35,722 nt of DNA from a virus (IMGVR_UViG_3300020045_000192:1-35722), one strand, 5' to 3'; positions 15,529 through 25,854 are shown, counted from the stretch's first letter. Notes: generated by a model from the letters alone, not told the origin. Numbers and translations: made by a program.

Positions 15529-16170
15529 CTTTAAACAAACGTCATACAAGGCTTGGCGTTGCTCAAGGCCAATAAAACCACCATTGATTTTTTTGGTCAT
15601 GCCTTTAATGTCGTTGTTGTCGGCGAATGTGGATAAGGCGTTTGCTTTCCAGAACCATCCTGCGGACCTTGCGGCATAAATAGGTTCAAGAAGCAAATCA
15701 GGATTGCTGACAAGATTAACACCCAACCCAGACCCGCATTTTTCATAATTGAATTTTCCAGTAAGTTGCTTCAATCCTCGCCCACGAAACGCCCACCCTT
15801 CACCAGATTCAGCAGGACCGTTGCCCATGCGTGAGCTGTAAACCAAGTTTGCGATAAGTTCAGGCTTACCCGCTATGCTGTTAGCCACAGCCGTAGGCAC
15901 TAGCTTTCCGTTTTCTTTAACGGGCTTCTTATCCGCGCCAAGAACAGCAAAACGGTTAGGCCAACAAGCAGCCAAAGTCGCAGCGCGGTAATTAAGATTC
16001 TCGGAAAGCATCGTATAGCCGCCAGATTCGTGCGAAGTCTGAGCCAAGAAACCAGCGATTCTTTGCGGTGTGTCAATTTCAAATTCCTGACAAGTGGCAA
16101 CTATTGCGTCAATCCACTTTTCTGGGTTCTTAACCTTGGCAGCTTGTAGATTTGCAATGGTTGGAATCAT
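15511..16170 (-). CDS. Endolysin, glycoside hydrolase family 19
   Basis: FLAQ..HESGG...ENLNY, FRGRGLKQLTG..NY, SAGWFW and TKKINGG..GL..R motifs. Confidence 0.93.
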   Translation of the reverse strand: MIPTIANLQAAKVKNPEKWIDAIVATCQEFEIDTPQRIAGFLAQTSHESGGYTMLSENLNYRAATLAACWPNRFAVLGADKKPVKENGKLVPTAVANSIAGKPELIANLVYSSRMGNGPAESGEGWAFRGRGLKQLTGKFNYEKCGSGLGVNLVSNPDLLLEPIYAARSAGWFWKANALSTFADNNDIKGMTKKINGGFIGLEQRQALYDVCLKSVLSN

Positions 16171-16655
16171 TTTTCACCGCCCATGTCTTTTTGCTTTTTG
16201 TCCACATCTTCTTGCGATTTGTTAGACGAGCCAAAAAAGAAGCGAATTAACGAGTTCACAGCAGTACCAATAAGAAAACCAAGGATGATGTTCACAAAAT
16301 CACGGTTGCGGTTCTCAATGGGCATAAACGACACCATAAAGAAGTACAGGAACGACACCACGGTGATGAACCAAGCGTAATGCTGTGCAAATCTGCGTGT
16401 GGTTTCGTCTTGCATATACATATCCGTGGCGCGTTGGGTAGATTTCTCGTCAAGCGCAGCCATAAACTCAGAATGGCGGTTGGCTTCTTCTTGCAACTTG
16501 GCGTTGTATTCAGGCGTGGCTTCACCTTCTGGTTTCAGCTCCATGCCCAACTTCTCTTGCACAGCGTCAACGCCTTTTTCAATCACTTGGTCAGCAACTT
16601 TGTGCATCCCGTTGTTGATTAGGTTGGCTACGATTCCAGCAACGATTGGCAACAT
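16167..16655 (-). CDS. Putative holin (two C-terminal TM helices)
   Basis: Adjacent to the endolysin; ILGFL.GT...FFFGSS motif. Confidence 0.6.
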   Translation of the reverse strand: MLPIVAGIVANLINNGMHKVADQVIEKGVDAVQEKLGMELKPEGEATPEYNAKLQEEANRHSEFMAALDEKSTQRATDMYMQDETTRRFAQHYAWFITVVSFLYFFMVSFMPIENRNRDFVNIILGFLIGTAVNSLIRFFFGSSNKSQEDVDKKQKDMGGEK

Positions 16656-16852
16656 TATTTTTCCTTCTTCAGTTCTTCTTTAAGTTTCCGCAGTTCACGG
16701 GCTTCTTTTTGGATTTCAGCTTTCATCCACAGCGTTTCCACATAGGCAATGAAAGACAAAGAAAACACGACAACAAGCACAGCAAGCACAATCAAATGTG
16801 CCAGAAAGACGCTCGTTGAATCGCTTGGTTTTTTACTTGCCACAACAACCAT
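16655..16852 (-). CDS. TM plus coiled-coil lysis-region protein
   Basis: One TM helix and a charged coiled tail. Confidence 0.55.
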   Translation of the reverse strand: MVVVASKKPSDSTSVFLAHLIVLAVLVVVFSLSFIAYVETLWMKAEIQKEARELRKLKEELKKEK

Positions 16853-17478
16853 CCCAAAAAAATCAACCCAACCAAAGCAACGCCAGCATCAATTGACTTT
16901 TCAGCAACTTCACGCATCAAAGCATCTTGTTCACGCCTTAATGCTGCATCTTCTTTTGCCTGCTTCTCACGCGCAATCCGTTGTTCTTCTTCTATCTGCT
17001 TACGCATTTCTTCAAACTGCGACCACAAAGCACCCAATTCAGGTGGGCTGTGATACACCATTTGCTCACGCAATTCAACTTGCATAGCCAACAGCTTCTG
17101 ACGCACCATGATGCGCTTTAAAGCCATACGTTTTAACGAAGTGCCAGGCGCTTGAACCTTCTTGGCTTCTCGTTCCTGTTCCCAGAAAAGTTCCTCAAGC
17201 CTGTCAAACGCATCAAACATATTCCCAAGCTCGTCACCAATCTTGAAAATAACTTGGTCAGGGTCTGCTTTTGCTACTTCCGCAACACGCGCCTTCTCAG
17301 CCTCAATTTTCTTAGCTTGTTCCTTAGTAACCGTCTTGCCAGCAAATTGCCCAGAAATTTCATCATAGATTTGCTTTACGTTACCAGCTACGCCCTTCAC
17401 TTCTTTGTAAAGAGCGCAGCCATCTTTGACTAACTTAAAAGCCGTTGTCGCCGCGAATAACGCAGTTCCAATTGGCAC
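16792..17478 (-). CDS. Coiled-coil protein with C-terminal TM helix
   Basis: Long ORF in the lysis region. Confidence 0.7.
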   Translation of the reverse strand: MPIGTALFAATTAFKLVKDGCALYKEVKGVAGNVKQIYDEISGQFAGKTVTKEQAKKIEAEKARVAEVAKADPDQVIFKIGDELGNMFDAFDRLEELFWEQEREAKKVQAPGTSLKRMALKRIMVRQKLLAMQVELREQMVYHSPPELGALWSQFEEMRKQIEEEQRIAREKQAKEDAALRREQDALMREVAEKSIDAGVALVGLIFLGWLLWQVKNQAIQRASFWHI

Positions 17479-17479
17479 A

Positions 17480-17683
17480 TTACAGACCGATTAGTTTCTT
17501 GAAGAACTCAGCACCAACGCCAGGACCAAGAAGCACAACAGCCATAACCGCATACAACAAGTATTCGATTTTGGTCATGCGCTTATCGCCGTTTTCTAGC
17601 GTTTCATTGATTTTTTCATATCTAAGCGCACAAACTTCTTCGTGCGTAGAAAGACGGGCCTCTGTTGCGTCAATTGTTGCCAT
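17480..17683 (-). CDS. Small membrane protein (XhlA/holin-like)
   Basis: HEEVCALRY..I...L...M.KIE followed by a TM helix. Confidence 0.6.
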   Translation of the reverse strand: MATIDATEARLSTHEEVCALRYEKINETLENGDKRMTKIEYLLYAVMAVVLLGPGVGAEFFKKLIGL

Positions 17684-17685
17684 GG

Positions 17686-18213
17686 TTAGCTCTTTTGGAT
17701 GTATGCCAATGCGTAGTAGGCAGGCAAGTTAGAGCCTGTGCCTGTGGTGTTGGATGTAGCGCCCACAACGTAAGAATTGCCAGCGCCAACCACAAACTTG
17801 TCACGCAAGTCAGGTGTGCCGTTTGAGCCGTTACACAAAACGTAACCAGTTGGAATGGATGCAATAGCACCAGACCACATCAAAATACAGCCTGTTGGCA
17901 CTTCAGACGTAGCTGGCGCACTTGTCAAGATGCCAGCAATGTTGTCGTAAGTTTGAATGACCACGTTTGCAGAATCAGCCAAAACAAACTTGTATGAACT
18001 GCCATCAGTCAACCAAATCTCAGAAGGTGGGCGACCATCAGTTCCCAAGACGATTGGGTTGGTGTTGGCAACCAAGCCTGAACTGCTTGTGAAAGTTGAC
18101 AAAGGCGTAGACGAACCAGCAACGTATGCGTAAAGCAACCCGCCTGAAAGTGGAATGCCTGTGGTGGTAAAAAACTGAAAGCCGTTACCAATGGGTGAAA
18201 GATTGACTGCCAT
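17686..18213 (-). CDS. Short tail protein: virion-attachment domain plus tail-collar domain
   Basis: QFF...G.PLSGG..Y.Y.AG...NTNPIVL...GR; PTG.ILMWSG...IPTGY.LCNG..GTPDLRDKF. Confidence 0.8.
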   Translation of the reverse strand: MAVNLSPIGNGFQFFTTTGIPLSGGLLYAYVAGSSTPLSTFTSSSGLVANTNPIVLGTDGRPPSEIWLTDGSSYKFVLADSANVVIQTYDNIAGILTSAPATSEVPTGCILMWSGAIASIPTGYVLCNGSNGTPDLRDKFVVGAGNSYVVGATSNTTGTGSNLPAYYALAYIQKS

Positions 18214-20216
18214 TATTTTCCTTTACCAATGTCTTTTAATTGAACGCCAGCGCCAGGCTGCAATGATTGTTTAAGCTGTTGTGCTTCTGCACGATTAGCC
18301 AAGAATTGGCGACCCATACTGCCCAAAGGCAATGGAATACCAGCTTTAACGCTTCCCAAGTTCAATGCTTGTTCAGCGCCAGTTTTTGCTTTTTCACCCA
18401 TCATGGCTGTAAATGTGTTTGATTCATTTACATAGCTGCCCTTTGGTCGAACTTGCGTATATCGAGCAACGTTGCCCAATGTCTTCAATTGCTTTTCAAC
18501 ATCAGGGCCAACAATAGCCAATAACTTAGGGTCAACTTGTGCCAAGGCTTTGTTGTAACCAGCTTGGCTAAAGTTACCGTTTTCATTGATAACACCAGCT
18601 TTGTTTTTAAGCCAGTTGACCATGCCAGCAGCCATTGTTTCACGGGCAGCGGAATCTTGACCAAGAATCTGAATCATCTGGTCAACATCAGCCTTTTTGC
18701 CATTTACAACATATTTGTTGATGAAGTCATCAGCAGCCACAGTGCCGTTGATAGCGGCTTTGTAAGCCTTGTCCTTGCCTAGCAAATCAAAGCGTTCTTT
18801 GGCGGCTGCGCGAGCAGCATCAGCTAACGGCTTAAGTTCAGAAGCAGCGCCCGTCAAAGGCAAATCTTCCAAAGCCTGACGCGCTACGTTACAAGCGGCA
18901 ATAGTATTGCCATCGCCAGCGCGTTCAGCCTTACGAACTTCAGCAGCCAAGTTTGTACGCAGTGCTTCAAATTGCTCAAACGTCATTTGCTCACCGCCTT
19001 TGAAGGCTTCCAATTGTTTTGCAATAGGAGCTGGCAAATAATCGGTTTTCAATTCTTTTTTGAGATTCTTGAAAGTATTGTCAGCAATTGCTGCGCCATC
19101 AACAGGAAAATCACCGCCAGCAGCATCTTTAAGTGCTGTGTATTTCTCATTGATGCCTGCTTTAAGCTGATTGTCAATTTCTTTGTAAGAATTGATTAAG
19201 GCTTGACCATTTTCAACGTGAGTAGTGCCAAAAACATTAGGCGCTGCATTGTCACGAATGGCGTTCAAGTTTTCAATCAACTGACCGTTTTGTTCATTCA
19301 AACGATTAGCCAATTCAGGATTTTTAGCCCTGCCATTCATTTCATTTGAAATTTTGTGAATGTCTTGAGTTGCTTGGCCTTCAGTCAAACGCACAGGAAT
19401 TGGCAAAGAATCAGCTTCAACATGGCGCTCAAGAACAGGCAAGTTGACCTGACTTACAGGCACATCTTTCAATGATTGCTGAAGTTCAGGGCTGGCGCTT
19501 TCTAAAGCAGAAACAACAGCAGCTTCATTTGTTCTAGCAGCAGCGCCACCAGACTGCAAACCACCACCAGCAGCTTTTTCAATTCGCACAGTTGGCAATT
19601 CAGCCTTGAGCTTTTGGAATCCTGCTTTCAACTGGCTAGGTGCGCCCATTGCTTGCTGTGTGGCAGGGCCGACAACAGAAGCCAAGCCAGAAGCTTCAGG
19701 AACGCCAACAGGCGGCAATTTGCTTGCTTCAAATGCTTGTTGAAGTCCTTGAATATACTCTTGGCCTTTGGCTGTGCGTGGCTGATAGGTCATTTGACCC
19801 ATCAAGTTTGCAGCTTGTTCTTCACCAGCTTGCACACCTTCTTTAGTGCCAAACTTACCAGAACGAGCCGCAGCAACAAGACCAGTAGCCGCAGCCAATG
19901 GAGCAGCCACAGCGCCTGTCAAAGCAGTCAAGCCAACTTCACCAGCACCTTGCAACTTCTGACGCATTTCAAAGCCAGTTTTAATTGCATCGCCAACAAT
20001 GCTGCCAGACTGTTGTTTTAGTTGAGCAGGAGTTGCCGCAGGCGTAGCTTCCCACAAGTCAGCAATGGTTGCGCCTTGTGGTTGCTCTAGGATTTGTTCG
20101 TTGATTTCAATACCGTTTTTATAGGTACTGAAAGGTTTTTGCTTGGGCGAAATGTCAGAAGCGCCACCTTTAGGCTTTACTTCTGGTTCACCCCAAAGAT
20201 CAGCGACTGTTGCCAT
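18213..20216 (-). CDS. Large DNA-ejection/internal virion protein
   Basis: 667 aa, Ala-rich and helical; third gene of the ejection trio. Confidence 0.65.
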   Translation of the reverse strand: MATVADLWGEPEVKPKGGASDISPKQKPFSTYKNGIEINEQILEQPQGATIADLWEATPAATPAQLKQQSGSIVGDAIKTGFEMRQKLQGAGEVGLTALTGAVAAPLAAATGLVAAARSGKFGTKEGVQAGEEQAANLMGQMTYQPRTAKGQEYIQGLQQAFEASKLPPVGVPEASGLASVVGPATQQAMGAPSQLKAGFQKLKAELPTVRIEKAAGGGLQSGGAAARTNEAAVVSALESASPELQQSLKDVPVSQVNLPVLERHVEADSLPIPVRLTEGQATQDIHKISNEMNGRAKNPELANRLNEQNGQLIENLNAIRDNAAPNVFGTTHVENGQALINSYKEIDNQLKAGINEKYTALKDAAGGDFPVDGAAIADNTFKNLKKELKTDYLPAPIAKQLEAFKGGEQMTFEQFEALRTNLAAEVRKAERAGDGNTIAACNVARQALEDLPLTGAASELKPLADAARAAAKERFDLLGKDKAYKAAINGTVAADDFINKYVVNGKKADVDQMIQILGQDSAARETMAAGMVNWLKNKAGVINENGNFSQAGYNKALAQVDPKLLAIVGPDVEKQLKTLGNVARYTQVRPKGSYVNESNTFTAMMGEKAKTGAEQALNLGSVKAGIPLPLGSMGRQFLANRAEAQQLKQSLQPGAGVQLKDIGKGK

Positions 20217-21481
20217 TATTGTGTTAATCCCATCTGTTTGAGCAATTTCACACGGTTTCCAAAGTCAGCAATTTCAGCCTTGGACATTCTGGCTTTCATT
20301 CTAGCCACATCCTCTGGCGTTGCCTCTTGGAACAAGCGTGGGTCAGCCACTTGATTGAATACGTTGAGCTTTTGTTGATAAGCGGCAGAATCTTGAGCAA
20401 CAGGAGACAAGAACGCAGCCTTGGCTTGGTTCATTTTCTCAATGCCAATCATCTGGTTTGAAATTTCTTTGATGGCACGTTCGTTCAGCTTCTTACTTGG
20501 GTTAGCAATTTCAGCCAAAGCCCTTGCTGCGTCAGTGTTGCCGCCAGCCATTGCCAACAGTGCTGAATTCTTAGCCAATTCTTCTGTGGAAACCTTTTCG
20601 GCTTCATAAGCAGAAATGCCAACAGCATTAAGAATACCAGCCGCCAATTCCTTACGAGCGCCACCAGTGCCAGTGAAGGCATCAGGTGCAAACTTCTTGA
20701 TGTTTTGAAAAATTGCAATGCGTGGTTGGGCTTCTGTTGCTGCTTTTTGGGTTTTAGACCAATCTTCACTAACAACCGTGTTTGCAGCGGCAGCAGTTGG
20801 AGACAAAGCAGTTGGCAAACGTGGCTTGTTTGTAACTTGTTGGCTTTGTGGGCCAATCACATAACGAGTTCCAGGCGGCAAACCAGTGTTATCACCTTCA
20901 ACTGCCACAGCTTCTGTGGTTGGCGGCAATTGAGTTTCAATTCCCAAACCCTGTGGAGTGCCAGGCGTGATTCCAGTAAGAGCTTGGTTGCCCATTTGAA
21001 CGGGCAATTGTTGTGTGCCAGTGTTAAGCATGGATGCAGACGGGTACATCTTTTCCAATTGAACTTGTGTGCCAGCAGCAGTTGCCAACTTCTTAGCCAA
21101 ATAAGCACGAAGTTCAGACTGTGTGCCTTTCTCTGGCAAACCAGCCAACGCTTGTTTTACGGCTGTTTCAGGACCACCAGCATTGGTAATTAACTCTGTA
21201 ACATGGCTTCTTACCTTGTCAGCAGATAAATCTTTATCACCCAATAAAGTTTGGATGCCTTGAATTGCGTTGGTTGTATGCGAAAGCATATTTTTCAACT
21301 GCGCGTCACTTGTGCCAAATTGCGCTTGCTTAACTTCTTCCTCTGCTTTTTGCACTTGCAAAGGATTCATTTGTTGCGCTTGGCGATACTGTTGAGCAGA
21401 ATTAGCAATGTTTAGCATATCGCTCAAACTCATGCCTTGTGGCGGCTTGATGCCTAATGCAACTGGTGTGAAATCAGCCAT
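20216..21481 (-). CDS. DNA-ejection protein (gp20-like position)
   Basis: Gln/Ala-rich, synteny. Confidence 0.65.
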   Translation of the reverse strand: MADFTPVALGIKPPQGMSLSDMLNIANSAQQYRQAQQMNPLQVQKAEEEVKQAQFGTSDAQLKNMLSHTTNAIQGIQTLLGDKDLSADKVRSHVTELITNAGGPETAVKQALAGLPEKGTQSELRAYLAKKLATAAGTQVQLEKMYPSASMLNTGTQQLPVQMGNQALTGITPGTPQGLGIETQLPPTTEAVAVEGDNTGLPPGTRYVIGPQSQQVTNKPRLPTALSPTAAAANTVVSEDWSKTQKAATEAQPRIAIFQNIKKFAPDAFTGTGGARKELAAGILNAVGISAYEAEKVSTEELAKNSALLAMAGGNTDAARALAEIANPSKKLNERAIKEISNQMIGIEKMNQAKAAFLSPVAQDSAAYQQKLNVFNQVADPRLFQEATPEDVARMKARMSKAEIADFGNRVKLLKQMGLTQ

Positions 21482-21490
21482 GACTTGTCC

Positions 21491-22309
21491 TTATGTTCTG
21501 AAATAATCGCCAATTGACGTACTGCCTTGGCCTGGCACATTAACCATGCCAGAACCACCGCCAGACCAACCAGAATTGTCGCTGAATGTTTGACCTTGTG
21601 GCTTCAACATTTGCGAAAGCATATATTGGTTGCCCAAGTTTTGAATTGAACCACCCATAGCATTTGCAGAACCAATTTGACCAGCAGCAGCAGCAGAGCC
21701 AGCATTAGAAATTGCTTGACCAATGTTTGCGCCAGCGGCTGTGCCTGCTGTGCCTGTTTGACCAAGTGAAGTCTGACCTAAACCAGCAATTGAAGCCAAT
21801 GTGTTGTAAATGTTTCCACGTTGCGTTTGGAAACGGTTAAACGCATTGCCATATTCTTGGCTTGCTTGACCTTGTGTGTAGTCTTGCAGACCAGCCAAAG
21901 CGTTGCCACTCAAAGCGCCACCACCAAGGTTAGCTTGGCGCATCGCTTGGTCTTGGCCCATCTTCAAACGGAAAGCGTAACCAGGGTCCATGCCCTCTGC
22001 AAAGTCTTGAGGCGTAAACTGTTTCGTCAAATAACCAGAACCTGTCTTCATGTCTCCAACAGGATTGCCAGCTTCATCATAAGTTTGGTATTGACCAGAA
22101 CCTAATGCGCCAATTTGCGACAAAGCACCTTGACCAGCAGCGCGATAACCAGTTTGTTGCAAATTCTGCTTATCAAACATGGCTTTCTGCAATGCCGCAG
22201 ATTCCCTTGCGGATTGGGCTTGTGTTTCTGCTGCATTTTCAGCGGCATTTGAACCCATGTAGCCGCTTACAAGTGTTGCACCCGCAACTGCGGTCATTCC
22301 CCATGTCAT
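21491..22309 (-). CDS. DNA-ejection protein (P22 gp7-like)
   Basis: Gly/Ala-rich; DPGYAFRL..G...SGN.L..L..Y.Q..AS.EY..AFNR. Confidence 0.75.
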   Translation of the reverse strand: MTWGMTAVAGATLVSGYMGSNAAENAAETQAQSARESAALQKAMFDKQNLQQTGYRAAGQGALSQIGALGSGQYQTYDEAGNPVGDMKTGSGYLTKQFTPQDFAEGMDPGYAFRLKMGQDQAMRQANLGGGALSGNALAGLQDYTQGQASQEYGNAFNRFQTQRGNIYNTLASIAGLGQTSLGQTGTAGTAAGANIGQAISNAGSAAAAGQIGSANAMGGSIQNLGNQYMLSQMLKPQGQTFSDNSGWSGGGSGMVNVPGQGSTSIGDYFRT

Positions 22310-22866
22310 AGCTTAACTCCTTCGTTTTCCAGTTTTAGCATCTCAACGGATGCAATTAAGCCCAATTCGTCATAACTAGGGGCGATAACTTCTTGCTCAA
22401 TCTTGCCAAGGTTTTCCTCACCAAGATGTTCTGTCATGTGTACTGTTGCCCAAATTGTGTCTTCTTCAGCATAAACAGCACGTTTTAAACCGACCTCAGA
22501 CACAAAAATGCAAGGCGCTTCAAAATACTTTTTGCCAAACTCAGTTGCCACCGATACCTTGCCCTTCATAATGAAGTTCAAATGTTGATGCTTGTGAATC
22601 TTGCCAATAATCACTGTGCCTTTTGGAATTAGCATTTCACGGGCATAAGTCCCGCAACCATACTTTTCATCCACAGGCGAAAAATGATGCGTCAAAGTGC
22701 AATCATCTAATGTTGATTCAACTTCACCGTTAGCAATCATTTCCATCAAACCATTTTGAAATGTCATTACATTTTGACGAAATTTGACTTTTTGAAGTGA
22801 GTTTTGACCTTGCTGCGTTTCAACAACATCGCTTTTAACAGCAAGCAAATCAATAGAATTTTCCAT
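22306..22866 (-). CDS. Cupin-fold protein
   Basis: H.F....Y.REM.IPKG..IIGKIHKH.H....KG...AP..FVS..G.KR..YA.ED..W.TVH. Confidence 0.7.
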   Translation of the reverse strand: MENSIDLLAVKSDVVETQQGQNSLQKVKFRQNVMTFQNGLMEMIANGEVESTLDDCTLTHHFSPVDEKYGCGTYAREMLIPKGTVIIGKIHKHQHLNFIMKGKVSVATEFGKKYFEAPCIFVSEVGLKRAVYAEEDTIWATVHMTEHLGEENLGKIEQEVIAPSYDELGLIASVEMLKLENEGVKL

Positions 22867-22867
22867 G

Positions 22868-23110
22868 CTATTGATTGTAATATGGAACCTTAAAAGGTTG
22901 ACCATTTACTGTGATGTTTATAAAGCCCACAGGGTTAGCTGGCAACGTTGGGCCAGCAGCGTCTGTGGTTGCAGAATCAGACGATGAAAAGTTAATCATG
23001 TTCAAAAAGAACTGTTGCCACGCCCGTGTTGGTCTTTTCGTAGCCCCGTCAAGGAACTCAGATTGTGGGTATGGGTTCAGTTGTGGTGAACTTGGTAGAC
23101 CGCTTGCCAT
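22868..23110 (-). CDS. Small tail protein
   Basis: PTRAW..FF; LPANP.GF....VNG...KVPYY; follows gp10. Confidence 0.65.
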   Translation of the reverse strand: MASGLPSSPQLNPYPQSEFLDGATKRPTRAWQQFFLNMINFSSSDSATTDAAGPTLPANPVGFINITVNGQPFKVPYYNQ

Positions 23111-25317
23111 TAGTTATCCGCTCCACTTGCTTTAAGGTTTGCAGACACAATCACAGCCTTTACAGGGTCTGTAATCGCCACTTCAAAGATTCGGTCACGC
23201 GCCATGCCCAATCTACGCCAGATGGCACGATTCTTGTATCGGCCTTGTTTACCGATACCAACCCAATACTCACGCGACCAAGTAGAACCACCGTCATTTG
23301 ACCAGCGAAGCATGGCCTGTGGGTCTACGTTTGCCGATGCAGTACCAGTTGAGCCAGCAATAGCGATGCCAGCGATGGCAATACCAGCAATGGCAGAGCT
23401 GTTAGCAGAGTTAGAAACGCCCGACAAACCCACGCCTGGCTGGAACTGAATCTGCAATTCATCAAAGTATTGACGTTGCAAGTCAGAAACCAAGTGTGGG
23501 CAACGGCGCAATCTGCGGATTTCACCGCCATCGTCTGTGTAATTTTCAGTGTCCAACAAATAAATCTTGCCGTTTTCCCAATCGCCAACGTAAACATTGC
23601 CGTTGAAAGAGGCAGAACAGTTGGAGCGGTGACGGTGATAAACGTTGTTTGAATCAACCCACAGCCACTTGTGCCACATAGTTGTCGATGTGTCGTAAGC
23701 CCATGTAAGGTCAATGCTTGGGAACGAAATTACATAGATTTCATGGCCTTCAAGCTGGTATGTATAAGCAACAGCATCCGTGATGTTTTGGTTCAACAGG
23801 CTGTTTTCTACTGCGTGAGTAGAAATACGTGTTGGGGTGTAACCGTTCATCTGAACAATCATGCCTTGACCACGGTTGTTCTTTGACAGATAAGCAAACG
23901 AGTTGCCCAATCGAGCCATTGAATACTGCGCGGCAATGCCGTGTTGGGTAGAAGTGCCAGGGATGCGCTGGAAAGGGAACGGAAACGCACCCACATCAGT
24001 CCACACTTCTGACGATTCAGAACCCAACAAATAAACTTCACGGTGGTCAACAATCAGCGAAACCAAATAGTCAGGCGCACCGTCTTTGCTGGCAAAACTC
24101 AAACCAGAACTGATTGGCGACAAGGTGTTTGTTGCGCCCCATTGCTGTGAATTTGGGCGGTTGTAAACAAAATAATTGTCCACAATGTCCACAGTGCCAC
24201 CACCGCTAAAAGCACCATCCGTGGCTGGCATCTGGCTGAAGTTGAGCAAATACATGGTTTCTGAAGCCACATATTGCGCTGAACTTACAGTGTATGTGCC
24301 AGTAGAACCAGAACCAGTGCCAAAGGCATTGATAATTGTTCCTGACGTTACGCCAACGCCTTGGACTGTTTGACCAAGGTAAAGAACACCGCTTGCCACG
24401 TTTGAAACGGTCATTGTGGTGTTTGCTACCGCAAAAGTCAGGCCAGTAAGAGAGCCGACCACAGTTGTCACGCCACTGCCAGTTGGAGTTGTTGACAACG
24501 TGAAAGTTGTCGTTCCGTTGGTGGCAGTGATGTAATAGGTTGTTGGGTTTGTGTAGCCAACAATAGAACCAAGACCGCCAGCAGTTCCGCTAATTGTTAC
24601 GGCCTGACCAACTTCCAAAGTTGTTCCAGCAGCAGTTGCAGTGAATTGACCAGCAATGCCACTAACAGCAACACCAGTTAAGGTTTGACCAATTGAAGCC
24701 GTAACGGTAGCGCCAGCCTGAACACCGTTCATTGTTTGGCTGGTCACAGTCTGCGACTGATTGACCGTGTAAGTGCCTGTGCCGCCTGAACCAGTACCCA
24801 ATGCGGTAATGATGGTGTTTGGCAACATACCAACACCAAAAATCTGCTGACCAACACGAATAGTGCCAGAAGCAACAGAAGAAACGGTCAATGTAGTGCT
24901 TGAGACTGAGCCAACAAAGTTTGTCACTGGCAAGCTGTTGATGCGCCATGTGTAACGGTAAGAACCGTCAACAATGTAAACGTTTATGCCATTATCGGAA
25001 ATGCTGACACGGCCTGACGTAGAGTTTAAGAACCCAAGCAGGAAATAAGAGCTAGTTGCGTTAATCGCATAAACATACGGGCCTGAGACAGCAATCATCA
25101 ACTGACCGCCTGAAATAGTACGCATACCGCGCACTTCTTCTTCTGGGGGTAGTTGAACAAACTGCGTCAGCCCTGGCGTTGGGTAAAGCGCAACAATGCC
25201 ACGCTCCCCCGCTTGTTTCATCGGGTCAATTTCTCCAAAGAAGTTAATCAGTTCCTGTGCATCTTGGTAGATGGATGGAGCTTCATAGCTTGGCCCGATA
25301 AAACCAAAATCTGCCAT
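23110..25317 (-). CDS. Tail hub / packaged-DNA stabilisation protein, P22 gp10-like, with ~230-aa insertion
   Basis: LYPTPGL, DNG...IVDG, FASKDG.PD, RISTHAVE, MLRWSNDGG.TWS, WRRLG.ARDR.FEV..TDPV. Confidence 0.9.
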   Translation of the reverse strand: MADFGFIGPSYEAPSIYQDAQELINFFGEIDPMKQAGERGIVALYPTPGLTQFVQLPPEEEVRGMRTISGGQLMIAVSGPYVYAINATSSYFLLGFLNSTSGRVSISDNGINVYIVDGSYRYTWRINSLPVTNFVGSVSSTTLTVSSVASGTIRVGQQIFGVGMLPNTIITALGTGSGGTGTYTVNQSQTVTSQTMNGVQAGATVTASIGQTLTGVAVSGIAGQFTATAAGTTLEVGQAVTISGTAGGLGSIVGYTNPTTYYITATNGTTTFTLSTTPTGSGVTTVVGSLTGLTFAVANTTMTVSNVASGVLYLGQTVQGVGVTSGTIINAFGTGSGSTGTYTVSSAQYVASETMYLLNFSQMPATDGAFSGGGTVDIVDNYFVYNRPNSQQWGATNTLSPISSGLSFASKDGAPDYLVSLIVDHREVYLLGSESSEVWTDVGAFPFPFQRIPGTSTQHGIAAQYSMARLGNSFAYLSKNNRGQGMIVQMNGYTPTRISTHAVENSLLNQNITDAVAYTYQLEGHEIYVISFPSIDLTWAYDTSTTMWHKWLWVDSNNVYHRHRSNCSASFNGNVYVGDWENGKIYLLDTENYTDDGGEIRRLRRCPHLVSDLQRQYFDELQIQFQPGVGLSGVSNSANSSAIAGIAIAGIAIAGSTGTASANVDPQAMLRWSNDGGSTWSREYWVGIGKQGRYKNRAIWRRLGMARDRIFEVAITDPVKAVIVSANLKASGADN

Positions 25318-25320
25318 AGA

Positions 25321-25854
25321 TTACTCGTAAAGAATGTTAATTGAACCAGCGTCGAAGGTGTCTGTGCCGTTGACTGTTGTAATGCGTATACGGTCAAGAG
25401 CGCCACCGAGGGTAATGGAGCCGTTTGTTAGATAAGTGCTTGCTGCATCTGACCTACCAACACTTCCGACACAAACCCAAGTGTTTCCTGTTTGCAAAGT
25501 TAAAACAACACCGCCGTGTACAACAACAGCAGCCGCCCAATTACTCGTATTAACCCCTACACCAAACCCTGTTGTAAACAGGCTAGATGCAACTGTTGAG
25601 TTTGTAACTATGGTATTCGAGCCTAAGTAACCAGAAGTTGTTACACTTCCAGAACCTATTTGTATCTGTGGAGGCGATGTTCCGTTTGTACTGAAACCGC
25701 TGAACATCACGGTAATACGCTTCACCCAAGAAGGGATAGAAGTGAAGTCAATGCTAGTGCCAGATGTGCTTGCTACGGCTGTGCCAGATGTGATACCTAG
25801 AACAGCACCTGAGTTAACTGTGACCCCTGCGGAACCGTTGATTACTACGCTCAT
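25321..25854 (-). CDS. Small beta-rich fibre/receptor-binding module
   Basis: ASTSGTSIDFTSIPSWVKRITV...LDRIRITTVNGTDTFDAGSINILYE. Confidence 0.7.
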   Translation of the reverse strand: MSVVINGSAGVTVNSGAVLGITSGTAVASTSGTSIDFTSIPSWVKRITVMFSGFSTNGTSPPQIQIGSGSVTTSGYLGSNTIVTNSTVASSLFTTGFGVGVNTSNWAAAVVVHGGVVLTLQTGNTWVCVGSVGRSDAASTYLTNGSITLGGALDRIRITTVNGTDTFDAGSINILYE

